Assembly (NCBI GenBank): GCA_965225945.1
Contig: CBDDBZ010000038.1
Coordinates: 192,001-256,000, forward strand
Origin: Alphaproteobacteria bacterium
GTDB taxonomy: Bacteria; Pseudomonadota; Alphaproteobacteria; GCA-2731375
Length of the DNA: 64,000 nucleotides
Reading direction: 5' to 3'
Part shown: one piece after another, positions 33,591 through 44,903 of the stretch
How positions within the stretch are numbered: the stretch's first letter is position 1
Layout: the number at the start of each line of letters is the position of its first letter
Translations under genes and position numbers: made by a program
Notes under the pieces: generated by a model
Seen by the model: only the letters and a program-made list of their open reading frames with translations
What the model was told of the DNA's origin: nothing
The model's database searches: none

Positions 33591-33873
33591 CTGCCAGTCG
33601 CGTCACCTTGCGGCCGCGCTCAAGTCGGGAAATTTTTTAGCTCTTGCTCGTTCGGAGAAAGTCTCGCAAAGCCGCCAGCAAACGCCTAAGCGCGCCGCGC
33701 GAGCTCCAAGTCTTCCGCAAGCTCGGCGGTGTCCTTGGCCTGCGACGTGCCCTCCAATGCAGCACTGGCGGTCTCCAGCCTTAACTGTAGCTCTTCCATC
33801 CCCTCTGGAATATAATTCGCCTCAAGAACATTGGTAGTGTCCTTCGTCGCTTCCTTCCCGGCATCAGCCCCAG

Positions 33874-33901
33874 AATGTCCGAAGCTGGGGGCAAACTCAC
33901 C
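33874..33901 (+). repeat. Partial palindromic site (type B core)
   Basis: aatgtccgaagctgggggcaaactcacc. Confidence 0.45.
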
Positions 33902-33916
33902 GTCGAAGTGACAAGG

Positions 33917-34130
33917 CTAGACCACATGTCCGGTTGAGTCCGGGGCGACCCGCCTCACGATATGCAGGCTTTCGAGGATTGCGTCGGATTGGCCGGCGCA
34001 GGGCCTCATGCATAGGAGACGAGTCATGAACGAGAATATCAGGTTTGTCGGTCTGGACGTGCACAAGTCGTCCACCCATGTGGCGGTCGCGGAGCGCGGC
34101 GGCGAGATGAGGGAGCCCGGGCCAGCCGAG
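33917..34130 (+). pseudogene. IS110 left end and transposase start
   Basis: MNENIRFVGLDVHK at 34026 (DEDD N-terminal motif). Confidence 0.7.
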
Positions 34131-34239
34131 CCGACGCTATAGGGGTAATCTCGGTGAAGGTGAGGTAGCGTCAGAGTTTCGGGCACGGATCCGGACCCAG
34201 CCCACCTCAAAGCGGCGGGGCAACAGGAGGCGCGGCGTC

Positions 34240-34974
34240 ATGCGGTATGAACTCTACTATTGGCCATCGATCCAGGGCCGCGGCGAGTTCGTTCGCTTGG
34301 CCTTGGAAGCGGCCGGTGCCGACTACGTCGATGTGGCGAGAGGCGCGGAGGCACAAGGCGCCAGCATGTCCGCACTGCTCCGCTTGCTCGATGGCGAGAC
34401 GATTCCGCGTCCGCCCTTCGCGCCACCCTTCCTCAAGGCGGGCAAGCTCATGATGGGTCAAACCGCCAACATCCTCTTGTTCCTCGGGGCCCGCCATGGC
34501 CTAGCGCCGGCGAGCGAGGCGGGTCGATCGTGGGCCCATCAGCTGCAGCTCACGCTCGCCGATCTCGTAGGGGAGGTGCACGACACGCATCATCCGATCT
34601 CGAGCGGCCTCTATTACGAGGACCAGCGGAGGGAGGCCCGTGAGTGTGCCGCGGACTTTCTGGCGACGCGCGCTCCGAAATACCTCGGATACTTCGAGCA
34701 GGTCCTGGCGCGCAATCCCGCGGGCGAGCGGCATCTGATCGGGGCGAGGCTCAGCTATCCCGATCTCTCGCTGTTCCAGGTCGTGGCAGGGCTGCGTTTC
34801 GCCTTCCCACGGGCGATGGCGCGGCTCGAGGAGACCCATCCCCGAACCGTCGCCTTGCACGAGAGGATCGCAACACGGCGTCGCATCGCCGCCTATTTGG
34901 CCTCGGATCGTCGGATTGCCTTCAACGAGGACGGAATATTTCGCCACTACGAGGCGCTCGACTCCGAAACCTGA
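34240..34974 (+). CDS. Glutathione S-transferase
   Basis: YYWPSIQGRGE, PFAPP, GQTANI. Confidence 0.9.
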   Translation: MRYELYYWPSIQGRGEFVRLALEAAGADYVDVARGAEAQGASMSALLRLLDGETIPRPPFAPPFLKAGKLMMGQTANILLFLGARHGLAPASEAGRSWAHQLQLTLADLVGEVHDTHHPISSGLYYEDQRREARECAADFLATRAPKYLGYFEQVLARNPAGERHLIGARLSYPDLSLFQVVAGLRFAFPRAMARLEETHPRTVALHERIATRRRIAAYLASDRRIAFNEDGIFRHYEALDSET

Positions 34975-35080
34975 CCGCTGCCCCGCCTGGTTTTTCGTCG
35001 CGACGCTAACGCGTCGCATGGCCCGGCGGGCCGCGCGAGCGGCCATCGACAAAGAGCCGCGAGGGGGTCGGCGCGGGTGC

Positions 35081-36625
35081 TCATGAAACGGCGTAACGGC
35101 GGGCCGGGCGGCCCACGGCCATGAGGAACATGACCGACTTGCCGGCGGCATGGGGCGAGAAGAATTCCGTTACCTCGTCATCGAGGAAGGTGAGCCCCGT
35201 GGCTCCGCAGCCGAGCGCGTAGGCCGCCAGATAGACCTTGCCGCCCCGCATCCCCCCTTCGAGCTGGGCCGCGCGATAGCCACGCTCACCCAACCGTGCC
35301 ACCGCGCGCGGGAGGTCGGCGAGATAGTAGAGGTTGACGCTGGCCTCGCCCGCCAGTTCTTGTCCCAAGGCCAAATCTCGGGCAACCTCGCGGAACGCTC
35401 CCTCGCGCAGCAGCTCCAGGCCACCATGGCTCGCCACGTAGGCGTAAGTCCCGGCCGCAAGCCCGTCGACGGCGTTGACGATCAGGTAGAGGTCGCAAAG
35501 GGAGGCGCCGGGCGGGTTGAGAAAGTCGGCGGAGATGGCGCGGCTGGTCCGCGCCACGATCACCGAGAGTTGCGCGAAGGATATGCTCTCGTCGCTAAAT
35601 CGGCGGGTAGAGCCGCGCCGCCGGATCACCCTCTCCACCGCATCGGCGCGAAGCGCGTCGTCCCGGGCGCTCTCCAAGGGGAAGATCCTCCCTGGCGGCG
35701 AACCTGGCTCGCGCTCCAGCGCCACGCGCCACACCGCCGCCTCGCCGCCGGTGTTCAGGTTCGAGGCGGCGTGGGCGGCGGGGATCTCGGGGTAGGCCAC
35801 CTCGTGGCGGGAGAGCGGTTCCGTCGAGAGAGCGAGAGGCTCGAAGCGGGGCGCGGGCGTCGAGGGGGCCGGACCCCCGCGCCCGATCGCCAGCAGCGCC
35901 AGGGAAGCCTCCCTCGAGGCATCGACGTCGAGCAGACGGTTCACGGAATTATCGCCATAGCCGAGAACCACCTGGGCCGGAAGCTCGAGGGCGACCGCTT
36001 GGGCGAGAAGGTTGGCGATCATGCAGCCCGAGTCCCACCAGGCGTGGCGATAGGCCCGCGCCCGGTACTTCCAGGCGTTGCGCCACCAGGTGCTGGTCAG
36101 GACGAGCACCGCCGGCGCTTGTGCCACCGCGGGGTGAGCGCCGCTCGCCACGACGAGAGCTTGCCGGTAGTCGCCGGCCCGTAGCGGGCAGAGCGAGAAG
36201 TCCTCCGGCTGGAACTGATAAACGCCCGCCGATAGCCCGTCCAGGTCGGCCGAGACCAGGTAGACCTCGATGTGATAGAGCGCGCCGGTGCACGAGGCGG
36301 CGCGGAACGCCATCTCGCCCCCCGGGGTGCGCCGCCGTTTGGTGATGGCGACGGCGGACAGCAGATGGGCCAAGTCGTTCAGGCTGGGCACCCGATCGGC
36401 GCCGGGGCGCGCGCCCGCTTGCGCCAATGCCGCAAGTGCCGGAACGGCGCTTTCCGTCCATTCCCTCGGCAGCGGCTTGCGCGCCACGTCGGAATAGATC
36501 TTGAAGGGGCGCGGCATGTTCGCGAAGTCGAGCGAGTGGGGGTCCGCGTGGATGCGCTCCCAGGAGTGCTTGGTGGCTTCGTGGTAGTCCAGTGCCTTCA
36601 TCACCGACTCGCTCGATGGGGGCAT
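35081..36625 (-). CDS. SagB/ThcOx-family tandem nitroreductase
   Basis: YHEATKHS, AWKYRARAYR, IRRRGSTRRF. Confidence 0.87.
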   Translation of the reverse strand: MPPSSESVMKALDYHEATKHSWERIHADPHSLDFANMPRPFKIYSDVARKPLPREWTESAVPALAALAQAGARPGADRVPSLNDLAHLLSAVAITKRRRTPGGEMAFRAASCTGALYHIEVYLVSADLDGLSAGVYQFQPEDFSLCPLRAGDYRQALVVASGAHPAVAQAPAVLVLTSTWWRNAWKYRARAYRHAWWDSGCMIANLLAQAVALELPAQVVLGYGDNSVNRLLDVDASREASLALLAIGRGGPAPSTPAPRFEPLALSTEPLSRHEVAYPEIPAAHAASNLNTGGEAAVWRVALEREPGSPPGRIFPLESARDDALRADAVERVIRRRGSTRRFSDESISFAQLSVIVARTSRAISADFLNPPGASLCDLYLIVNAVDGLAAGTYAYVASHGGLELLREGAFREVARDLALGQELAGEASVNLYYLADLPRAVARLGERGYRAAQLEGGMRGGKVYLAAYALGCGATGLTFLDDEVTEFFSPHAAGKSVMFLMAVGRPARRYAVS

Positions 36626-36845
36626 CCGTCTGCTTGAGATACTAGCGTCCCTTCCGGACCCTTTTTAAATCTGTGACTGAAGAGCGCATAAATCAACCCA
36701 GCTTGTCGCTCGTTCGCACTTCAATATTACGGACCGGCTAATGATGCAGTGGACGGCTCCTGCCATCGGCATCGCAATGTGCCAAATTGCGGTTGCTTTT
36801 GAGGAGCCACCTACCTGAAATTTTGTCCACACATTAGAAAGATGG

Positions 36846-37084
36846 AATGTCAACTCTTGGCTGAGGCTGTTGAAAAAGTCGGTCAAGCGCCCGCTCGGTG
36901 GCGTTCGGCGAAAGAAAAGAATCGGGGGAGGGCCTGATCTGGTGCCATCTTTCGTCGGGGTTGGCCGGCGCGCATCAATCTTTCGAGCGCGAGGACCCAA
37001 AATACTTTTTCAACAGCCTCGGCTATCAATGACCGAATCGACCACCACGGCCCAACGGGGATTCTACCCCCAACATACGACATT
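36846..37084 (+). repeat. Palindromic site type A, interrupted by a MITE
   Basis: Removing the MITE gives aatgtcaactcttggcta...acggggattctacccccaacatacgacatt. Confidence 0.75.
36863..37020. mobile_element. 158-bp MITE (IS1182/IS5-like ends)
   Basis: IR gaggctgttgaaaaagt/actttttcaacagcctc, TSD GGCT. Confidence 0.85.
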
Positions 37085-37094
37085 CGAGCGGCGC

Positions 37095-37470
37095 TCACGG
37101 GCCAGGCGGCTCGATCCCGTACTTCGCCGCGAGGCCGTCGACGAGCCAGGCCAGCCCTGGCCCCTCGGCGCACCTACGGCGCCGCGCCCCGGCGGGTAGA
37201 GCAAGTTGTGCTCGGCGGCGCCGGGAGCGCCGAACTCGTGCTCGGCGAAGTCCCAGAGGTGGGGCAACGACGACCGACACATAGTCTCCGTGCGAGCCCA
37301 AAGTCAGCAACGGCCCCCGCCGGACAGAAATCTGGTCCAGCGATTCGCCCGGCTGGCCGCCGAGCCCCATCTCGAAGTCGGCACCGCGCGGCGCGATCAG
37401 GTGCACCTCCACGGATAGGCCCTCGGCGACGCTCCGGAGCCCGGAGAGCCACCTTCCGGCCCTCGGGTAG
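37095..37470 (-). pseudogene. Deleted paralog of the 6932-8280 nuclease locus
   Basis: PRAGRWL, ADFEMGLGGQP, AAEHNLLYP, WLVDGLAAKYGIEP. Confidence 0.8.
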
Positions 37471-37474
37471 GGGG

Positions 37475-37978
37475 CTAAGGGATTCACACATCTTCATGGA
37501 GTGACCAACCCTGTTGCATGGCTTGGAACTGCTGCCAGCCGTTGTGCATGGTTATGGGGCCGGGAGGACGTTCGGACTTATAGCCGTTCCACCCGCCGAG
37601 ACGGGCGATGATCCAGGCGAGCCAGGCCAGTGTTCCCTCGCGATGGGGATTCTTTTGCTTCCGTGTCTTGCCTTCGAGCCTGTGCAGCAGCGTGCGCGCG
37701 AAGGGATGGAACTCGGGCGCCAAGACATCGCTGGCCGGACGCTTGAGCCGGCCGTCGCGGGCGAACACCAACTGCATGATTCGGATCGCCGCCACGAGCG
37801 CCATCGCCGCCAGGTTCATCAGGGCCTCGGCGCTCGTGAGCTGGCTGCTCTCGATGTTCAGGCCCTGGCGCTTGAGGGTGCGGAAGACTTGCTCGATATG
37901 CCAGCGCTGGCGATACCAGCCGACGATGCGCCATGCGTCTTCCGCGCTTTCGACCTCATGGGTGGTCATGCCCAACAA
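37475..37978 (-). pseudogene. IS4 family (IS50-like) transposase C-terminal remnant
   Basis: YRQRWHIEQVFRTLK, IARLGGW...PPG. Confidence 0.8.
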
Positions 37979-38345
37979 CGCCCGACCGGCCGGACTCGTG
38001 GTGTCGACGCCCTGCCGGTCGAGGTAGAGGTCGACGCCGAGGGTACGGAGTGTCGCAAACAGCCCGACCAGCTGCCGCGGCGACCTCCCAAGGCGCCTGA
38101 CGTCGCTGGACCACTTCCCCTCCGGCGCCCCGCGGCCCGGCGCCAGAGGCGGTCGGGGGATATGACCAGCGGGTCGAAAGAGGGAACGACGGCCTCGCCG
38201 AGGCTCCCCAGCACGCGACTGGCGGTACCAGAGTATGTTCCTGGCGGCGAACGCCCCGACCGCGCGACGCGCGCCATCGTCCCCTGGCGCCGATCAGGAG
38301 ATCCAGGCGCCTTCACCGGGACGCGTATGGGAGCCGGTCGGCGGT

Positions 38346-38375
38346 CTTTCCCATTTCTAACCTTTAATGGGAAAG
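38346..38375. promoter_or_regulatory. Inverted repeat, candidate recombinase site/operator
   Basis: ctttcccatt-N10-aatgggaaag; extra arm at 38444-38453. Confidence 0.55.
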
Positions 38376-38392
38376 TCTGCTATCCTCGGCCT

Positions 38393-39025
38393 ATGGAAAA
38401 CAAGCCTCTATCACCCAAGTCGAAGCCCAGGCCGAACACCGTAAATGGGAAAGTCCCCCCGCCGCGTCGGCCGAACGCCGCGCGACGGCCGCGTGAATAT
38501 CTGACCGAGAAGGAAGTCGACCAGCTGATCGAGACGGCCCGCAAGCGGGGACGCCACGGGCATCGAGACTCGACGGCGATCCTCGTCGCCTACCGGCACG
38601 CGCTCCGCGTGTCGGAGCTCTGCTCGCTCCGATGGGACGCGATCGACCTCGAAAGCGGCCTCATGCACGTCCGGAGGCTCAAGAACGGCACGCCGAGCGT
38701 CCATCCCCTCCGTGGCGTCGAGATCCGCGCACTCCGGAGGCTCGAACGCGAGACGCCGGTCTCTCCCTACGTCTTCACGACCGAGCGCCGGGGGCCCATG
38801 ACCCCGGCGGGGTTCCGCAAGACCTTGGCGGCGATCGCCGAGGCCGCGTCCTTCCCCTTCCCGATCCATCCCCACATGCTTCGCCACTCCGCCGGATACA
38901 AGCTGGTGAACGACCGTGAGGACACCCGCTCCGTCCAGCACTACATGGGGCACAAGAACATCCAGCACACCGTGAGATACACGGAGCTCGCCACGGGTCG
39001 GTTCGACAGCTTCTGGGAGGACTGA
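38393..39025 (+). CDS. FimB/FimE-like short tyrosine recombinase
   Basis: RHALRVSE, RRLKNG, HPHMLRH, GHKNIQHTVRY. Confidence 0.88.
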   Translation: MENKPLSPKSKPRPNTVNGKVPPPRRPNAARRPREYLTEKEVDQLIETARKRGRHGHRDSTAILVAYRHALRVSELCSLRWDAIDLESGLMHVRRLKNGTPSVHPLRGVEIRALRRLERETPVSPYVFTTERRGPMTPAGFRKTLAAIAEAASFPFPIHPHMLRHSAGYKLVNDREDTRSVQHYMGHKNIQHTVRYTELATGRFDSFWED

Positions 39026-39297
39026 TCAGATGGGGCCTCGGACGGGCCTCGACGGCTGCGTGCGGTGTATCGATCCTTCCCGCTGGTCAACGGGGCCCGG
39101 AAGCGGAAAGGTCCCGGGGGCGCGTCTTCCTCTCCAAGACGACCCTGATCCTGGCCCAGGCCCCCGAGGCGCGGGCCAGGCGGGGATCATCCTCCACGAC
39201 GAGTCGCTGCGACGATCACCAACTCGGCGAGCTGATCACCGAGGCCGCCCCCTGGTCATCCCGCCGTGGATTCTGCTCGCCCTGAAATCACGATTCG

Positions 39298-39492
39298 CTA
39301 ACGCACAGGTGGATAATCCGCGTAAACCACCGGCTTGTCCTTGTAATAGGCTTCCCACGCCTCGACCGATGAGAATCCGTAGGGCACGAAGAGCCCCTGG
39401 CCGACCTCCCGGTAGCGCCCGACGAGTTGGTCGTCGGTTATCCGTCCCGTCCTGAGGCGAACCTCGAAAAGGAAATCCCGGAACTTACCCAT
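39298..39492 (-). CDS. Small hypothetical protein
   Basis: Overlaps the upstream gene stop. Confidence 0.4.
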   Translation of the reverse strand: MGKFRDFLFEVRLRTGRITDDQLVGRYREVGQGLFVPYGFSSVEAWEAYYKDKPVVYADYPPVR

Positions 39493-40051
39493 CCGTGCCA
39501 TCCTTGACCGCGTCGATCTTCTCGATGAGCTCGATCAGCAACGTCTGCTCCGCCTCGTCGAGCGCCATGATATCGGACGGGTCCAGGACCGCCACGGCGT
39601 GCAGGTGGGCGTGACGGTGGTCGACATCCCCGCTGTGCTCGACGCGTTGTCGATCGGACCACTCGGGGTTCAGGCGCGAGGCGACCCGCAACAGCAGGCG
39701 GTTGTCGTATTCCTCGATGTAGTCCTTGAGCTCGCCCCGCGAGAAGACGGGCCGCCGGGTCGGGGTCATGGCGCGTCGCATGATCTCGGTCTCGACACGG
39801 GCGAGCGCCGCCTCCATGGCGCGCTCCCAGGCCATCGCGAATCTGGGGTCCCGCTTTCGCTCGTCGCGGAAGGTGCTGAGGCCGCCGTGCTCCCCGGTCG
39901 CCCAGGGGGTGGCCGCCTGGGCGGCGGCCACGGTGGAGCCGGTCTCCGCTAGCGTGTCGAGGAAGACCTTCTTGCGCTCGGCGGTCAGGGTATGTTGCCG
40001 GGCCGGTGGCGCTGGAGACGCGGCTTGCAAAGTACGTTTCTCCCGGTCCAA
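39485..40051 (-). CDS. Terminase small subunit-like protein
   Basis: FLDTLAETG..AAAQAA, DPRFAMAWERA, YDNRLL, VEHSG. Confidence 0.55.
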   Translation of the reverse strand: MDREKRTLQAASPAPPARQHTLTAERKKVFLDTLAETGSTVAAAQAATPWATGEHGGLSTFRDERKRDPRFAMAWERAMEAALARVETEIMRRAMTPTRRPVFSRGELKDYIEEYDNRLLLRVASRLNPEWSDRQRVEHSGDVDHRHAHLHAVAVLDPSDIMALDEAEQTLLIELIEKIDAVKDGTDG

Positions 40052-40314
40052 GTCGTAGTGATATTATGTATTATTCGGCTTTCCTAGTAAAGTAGAATTA
40101 TTGGAATCTTAAGGCTTACCGTCATCGCTTCGAAGATCTCGCGCGCGAAAGGATCATCGCGCGGGCCGCGCGGCCGAGTGTCTGTACGACACCGCGGTCG
40201 GTGGGCTCCTGCCGGAAAGAACGAGGTGCCAAATGACGGCGCAAATGCCACTCTCTGGGGACGGACCGGAGCCAGTGGAGCCGGCTCCAGAGCATTGTTT
40301 CATTATTGGGGAAT

Positions 40315-40520
40315 GCCATGAGGAGAGGAGCAGAAGGGAAAGGATATAGGAAAACAATAGGACGGTGCCGGCTCCACCGGCTCCAGGTGTGGAACGGCGT
40401 GCAAAGTTGACCCCTGTGCCATGAGGAGAGGAGCAGAAGGGAAAGGATATAGGAAAACAATAGGACGGTGCCGGCTCCACCGGCTCCAGGTGTGGAACGG
40501 CGTGCAAAGTTGACCCCTGT
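40315..40520 (+). repeat. 103-bp exact tandem duplication overlapping the IS21 left end
   Basis: 40315-40417 = 40418-40520. Confidence 0.9.
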
Positions 40521-40596
40521 TGAGGGGTGATCGGCGTCCCCCCTGAGCCTGGCTAGTCCAAGTCACCTCGTTTTTGGGCGGACGAGGTGGTGGGGG

Positions 40597-42108
40597 ATGT
40601 TGGTCGTGGAGACGATAGCGCGGATCCGGCGGGAGTATTTCGTCAAGGGGAAGCCGATCAAGGAGATCGTGCGGGACGTGAAGGTCTCGGGCAACACGGT
40701 GCGCAAGGTGATCCGTTCGCAGGCGACGGCGTTCACCTACGACCGGCGGGTCCAGCCGATGCCGAAGCTGGGGCCGTGGACGGCCGAGCTGGAGCGGATG
40801 CTGGAGGCCAACGAGACCAAGTCGAAGCGGGAGCGGCTGACGCTGCTACGGATCTCCGAAGCCCTCGAGGGTCTGGGCTATGGCGGCGGCTACGACGCGG
40901 TGCGGCGCTACGCCAAGGCGTGGCGGTGGCGCCGTTCGGCATCGACGGCGCAGACCTATGTGCCGTTGGTGTTCTCGCCGGGCGAGGCCTATCAGTTCGA
41001 CTGGAGCCACGAGTACGTGGTGCTGGCGGGGGTGACGACCAAGGTCAAGGTCGCGCACGTCCGGCTGTGCCACAGCCGAATGTTCTTCGTCCGCGCTTAT
41101 CCGCGCGAGAGCCAGGAGATGGTGTTCGACGCCCACGACCGGGCATTCCGGCTGTTCCAGGGTGCCTGCCGGCGAGGCATCTACGACAACATGAAGACGG
41201 CGGTGCAGACCGTCCTCATCGGCAAGGAGCGCGCGTTCAACCGGCGCTTCGTGCAGATGTGTGGCCACTACCTGGTCGAACCGACAGCATGCACGCCGGG
41301 AGCGGGATGGGAGAAGGGGCAGGTCGAGAACCAGGTCGGGATCATCCGCGGTCGGTTCTTCACCCCGCGGCTGCGCTTCAAGACCTACGACGAGCTCAAC
41401 GCCTGGCTCTTGGACCAGTGCGTCGCCTACGCCCGGCGTCATCCCCACCCGGTGTTCAAGGACAGGACTGTCTGGCAGGTGTTCGAGGACGAGCGTCCGT
41501 CCCTGGTCGGCTATCGCGGGCCGTTCGACGGCTTCCACGCGGTCCCGGCGTCGGTGTCGAAGACCTGCCTGGTGCGCTTCGACAGCAACAAGTACAGCGT
41601 GGCGGCGCGCGCCGTCGGCCGTCCGGTCGAGGTCCATGCCTACGCCGATCGCATCGTCATCCGCCAGGACGGCGAGATCGTCGCCGAGCATGCCCGGCGC
41701 TTCGGCCGCGACCAGACCGTCTATGACCCGTGGCACTACGTGCCCGTGCTGGCGAGGAAGCCCGGTGCGCTTCGTAACGGCGCGCCGTTCAAGGACTGGG
41801 CGCTGCCCGGCGCCCTGGGTCGCGTGCGCGTCCGGCTCGCCGGCCACGACGACGGCGACAGGCAGATGGTCGAGATCCTCACCGCCGTGCTGGCGGATGG
41901 GCTGGCGGCGGTGGAGGCCGCCTGTGCCGAGGCGCTCGCTGGCGGCGTGTGCAGCGCCGACGTCGTGCTCAACATCCTCAATCGTCGGCGCCAGCCGTCC
42001 GAGACGGCGCCGATCCCGACGCCCGCGAACCTGCGTCTTCGCTTTGAGCCGGTGGCCGATTGCACCCGCTACGACCGCTTGAGGGGGGTCGGCCATGGAG
42101 CGCCATGA
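40597..42108 (+). CDS. istA: IS21 transposase
   Basis: [18 protein letters not shown]. Confidence 0.93.
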   Translation: MLVVETIARIRREYFVKGKPIKEIVRDVKVSGNTVRKVIRSQATAFTYDRRVQPMPKLGPWTAELERMLEANETKSKRERLTLLRISEALEGLGYGGGYDAVRRYAKAWRWRRSASTAQTYVPLVFSPGEAYQFDWSHEYVVLAGVTTKVKVAHVRLCHSRMFFVRAYPRESQEMVFDAHDRAFRLFQGACRRGIYDNMKTAVQTVLIGKERAFNRRFVQMCGHYLVEPTACTPGAGWEKGQVENQVGIIRGRFFTPRLRFKTYDELNAWLLDQCVAYARRHPHPVFKDRTVWQVFEDERPSLVGYRGPFDGFHAVPASVSKTCLVRFDSNKYSVAARAVGRPVEVHAYADRIVIRQDGEIVAEHARRFGRDQTVYDPWHYVPVLARKPGALRNGAPFKDWALPGALGRVRVRLAGHDDGDRQMVEILTAVLADGLAAVEAACAEALAGGVCSADVVLNILNRRRQPSETAPIPTPANLRLRFEPVADCTRYDRLRGVGHGAP

Positions 42109-42823
42109 GGTCCTGGAGATGATGGCCGCACTCAAGCTCGCCGGCATGCGCGACGCGTTCGACGAGGTGCTCGCCGACGGCCTCAAGCGCCAGCATCCGA
42201 TGCAGCGAATCATCGGCGAGCTGTTGAAGGCCGAGATCGCCGACAAGCAGGCGCGATCCATCAAGTACCAGATGAGTGGCGCCAAGCTGCCGCTGGCCAA
42301 GGAGCTGGCCGACTTCGACTTCACCGACACCCCGGTCAACGAGCCGCTGGTCCGCGAGTTGGCGGTCGGCGGCTTCCTGGCCAACCAGCGCAACGCCGTG
42401 CTGATCGGCGGCACCGGCACCGGCAAGAGCCATCTCGCCGTCGCCATCGCGCGGGCCTGCATCCGCGATGGCGCCCGGGGCCGCTTCTTCAACGTCGTCG
42501 ACCTGGTCAACCGGCTCGAGGCCGAAGCCCGCGCCGGCCGTCAGGGCCGGCTCGCCGATCAGCTGGCCCGGCGCGACCTCGTCATCCTCGACGAGCTCGG
42601 CTACCTGCCCTTCGCCCAAACCGGAGGCCAGCTGCTGTTCCACCTCGTCAGCCGGCTCTACGAGCGCACCTCGATCATCGTCACCACCAACCTGACCTTC
42701 GGCGAATGGCCGTCCGTCTTCGGCGACGCCAAGATGACCACCGCGCTCCTCGATCGTCTGACGCACCACTGCGAGATCATCGAGACCGGAAACGACTCCT
42801 GGCGCTTCAAGAATCGGTCCTAA
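42095..42823 (+). CDS. istB: IS21 helper ATPase
   Basis: [22 protein letters not shown]. Confidence 0.95.
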   Translation: MERHEVLEMMAALKLAGMRDAFDEVLADGLKRQHPMQRIIGELLKAEIADKQARSIKYQMSGAKLPLAKELADFDFTDTPVNEPLVRELAVGGFLANQRNAVLIGGTGTGKSHLAVAIARACIRDGARGRFFNVVDLVNRLEAEARAGRQGRLADQLARRDLVILDELGYLPFAQTGGQLLFHLVSRLYERTSIIVTTNLTFGEWPSVFGDAKMTTALLDRLTHHCEIIETGNDSWRFKNRS

Positions 42824-44072
42824 AGGCAACCGATCCACCTGCCGCCCGGTCGCCCAGGTGGGCCCACAGGAACCTCCCACGCGCGGTCCGCCGCCAGCCG
42901 CGTGGTGGGCGCGTCGGCCCGCGCGCGGGCCCCTCCTATGGACTACCTGTACGACCTCCGCCGTGCATCCCCAAAGGGGTCAACATTGCACGCCGATAGG
43001 GGGTCAATGTTCAACGCCGATTGACATAGCACCGGCCGCTGATCGGTGAAAAACGAGAATATCTCGGCCAACGCATGGATATTTTTCATGCGAGATGCGC
43101 GGTCGATACTGACTGGAAGTGAAATAGAATGTGCCTCACCGCCACTGGGTGGCCGGCATGGTGGACCGGGTGCTCGGGGTGCCGGTCGCCCTCGACGAAA
43201 ACTCGATACTTGCGCTCAAGGAGCCGTGTAAAGGCGCGGCCTGGCTTGGTCACACTACTACAGCAAGTCCTATTCGAACCGACCCGGCCAGCGGGATCGC
43301 CAACCGCTCGTGGTGAACGGCCTCGTGGAGAAGCTGTCGGACGTCTCGGCGCCGCCTCTCGGCGATCGACCGGTCGCGCTGCTGGAGGTCGCAACGATCT
43401 TCGCCAAGTGGTGTCGCCACAGGAGACGCGAGTATCCCTTGTTCCACGAGACCCGGGAGGTGGCCGCTGCGCTTGACGAGTGGTCCGCTGTCACTGAGAC
43501 CGCCGCGCGCCTGAGGCTTGCCTTGCCCCGCCACGAATGATCCGCCGTCATCTGTGGACGGCGCCTCCTTGGCAAGGGTTTTCTCGGTGTCGATGCAGGG
43601 CTGGTCGGATGCGATCAACTGTAGGTTACATCGTCGCCAGCTTGGCGCTGCGGCTCTACCAACTGAACCGCCTGGAACGGGCCACCAGGACGGTCTGCCA
43701 CGCTCGGTATGGAGGGGAACCGGACTTTTTGAGTTTCCGCCCAGGGCTATTGTTCTCAGAATTCCCAGAATGGAAAACAATGAAAAGGCGAAGATGGGCG
43801 GTATTCAAACCAGTGGCGATGACCTGGAATCCGTCGAGTCTGGCGAGCGGGCCCCCCGGCCACAGGTCAGCCGCCCCCAAGCCCACGCCGGCGCTACGGC
43901 CCGTCGCGAGGCCGTTCAAACGCGTGACGCCGGCCGAGCCGTGGACGAACTCGTGACCTGGCGTTACGCTCAAGCCCAAGCGCAACGGCCGCTTTGGCCA
44001 CGCGATAGGTCGGGATCGCCGGACGGTAACCTTCAATCCCCGCACACCGCCATTTATTCGGAGGAGACCGGA

Positions 44073-44741
44073 ATGAACCTCAAACTCTATTCCAGGTATC
44101 GCAACTCGGCCGGACAGCGCGTTCGCACGTCGCTCAACATCAAGGGCCTCGCGTACGAATACATTCCGGTTTCGCTAGCCGGCGGCGCACCGGATTCGTA
44201 TCGCGAGGAGATCAACCCGCAGGCCCTGATTCCATCGCTCGTGATCGACGGCGAGATCGTAACCCAGTCAACCGCCCTGATCGAATTCATCGAAGAGAGT
44301 TTCGAGGGACCCTCGCTGTTGCCAGCCGACCCGATCGCGCGGGCGCGGTCCCGCGCTTTCAGCCAGGTCATCGCCTGCGAGATCCACCCGGTCATCGGCC
44401 CTAAAATTCAGCGACATCTTCGTGCGACCTTCGATACCGCCAAGGAGGATACGCTTGCCTGGTATTGCCATTGGCTCCACCACGGCTTTGCAACGTTGGA
44501 AGAACTGTTGCGCCGGCGCCCGACCGCAACGCCCTTTTGCTACGACGAAAAACCGACGTTCGGCGACATCTACCTCGTACCGCAGCTCTATAACGCGCGC
44601 CGCGCCGGGGTCGAGCTGGACCTTTCGGATTATCCGCTGCTCACCGAGATCGACGAACGCTGCCGGGCGCTGCCTGAATTCGACCGCGCCATGCCGGAAA
44701 ACCAACCAGATTTCCCGGCGAACCCGGCGGATCGGCGATAG
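44073..44741 (+). CDS. maiA: Maleylacetoacetate isomerase (zeta GST)
   Basis: RNSAGQRVR, CEIHP, PENQPD; RBS ggag before ATG 44073. Confidence 0.8.
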   Translation: MNLKLYSRYRNSAGQRVRTSLNIKGLAYEYIPVSLAGGAPDSYREEINPQALIPSLVIDGEIVTQSTALIEFIEESFEGPSLLPADPIARARSRAFSQVIACEIHPVIGPKIQRHLRATFDTAKEDTLAWYCHWLHHGFATLEELLRRRPTATPFCYDEKPTFGDIYLVPQLYNARRAGVELDLSDYPLLTEIDERCRALPEFDRAMPENQPDFPANPADRR

Positions 44742-44789
44742 CCCCAACCCGCGTCGTCCCGGGAACGCGTAGCGTTAAGTTAGCGTCTA

Positions 44790-44880
44790 GCCCCTCATGC
44801 GCGAAGGCCGGAACGGGCCGGTGGTGCGGAACGGTCTCCGGCGCCGGCGGCCTGTAGCCGAGGGCGCCGTGTGGCTTGGG
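44790..44880 (-). pseudogene. IS3-family transposase C-terminal scrap
   Basis: PHGALGYRPPAPE. Confidence 0.6.
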
Positions 44881-44903
44881 CATGTCTAGCCTCAGGGGTG
44901 GTA

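Larger units (their letters stand above)
40491..43026 (+). mobile_element. IS21 family element
   Basis: TG...CA ends with repeated ttgacccc/ggggtcaa; no TSD. Confidence 0.92.

Noticed and set aside
37514-38392. N-terminal extension of the 503-aa recombinase ORF
   Set aside because: Antisense to an IS4 remnant; the recognisable protein starts at 38393.
40315-40520. CRISPR array or iterons
   Set aside because: Two adjacent units, no spacers, no cas genes; a simple duplication.
43027-44050. Coding fragments after IS21
   Set aside because: Possibly a decayed gene, but no family could be assigned.
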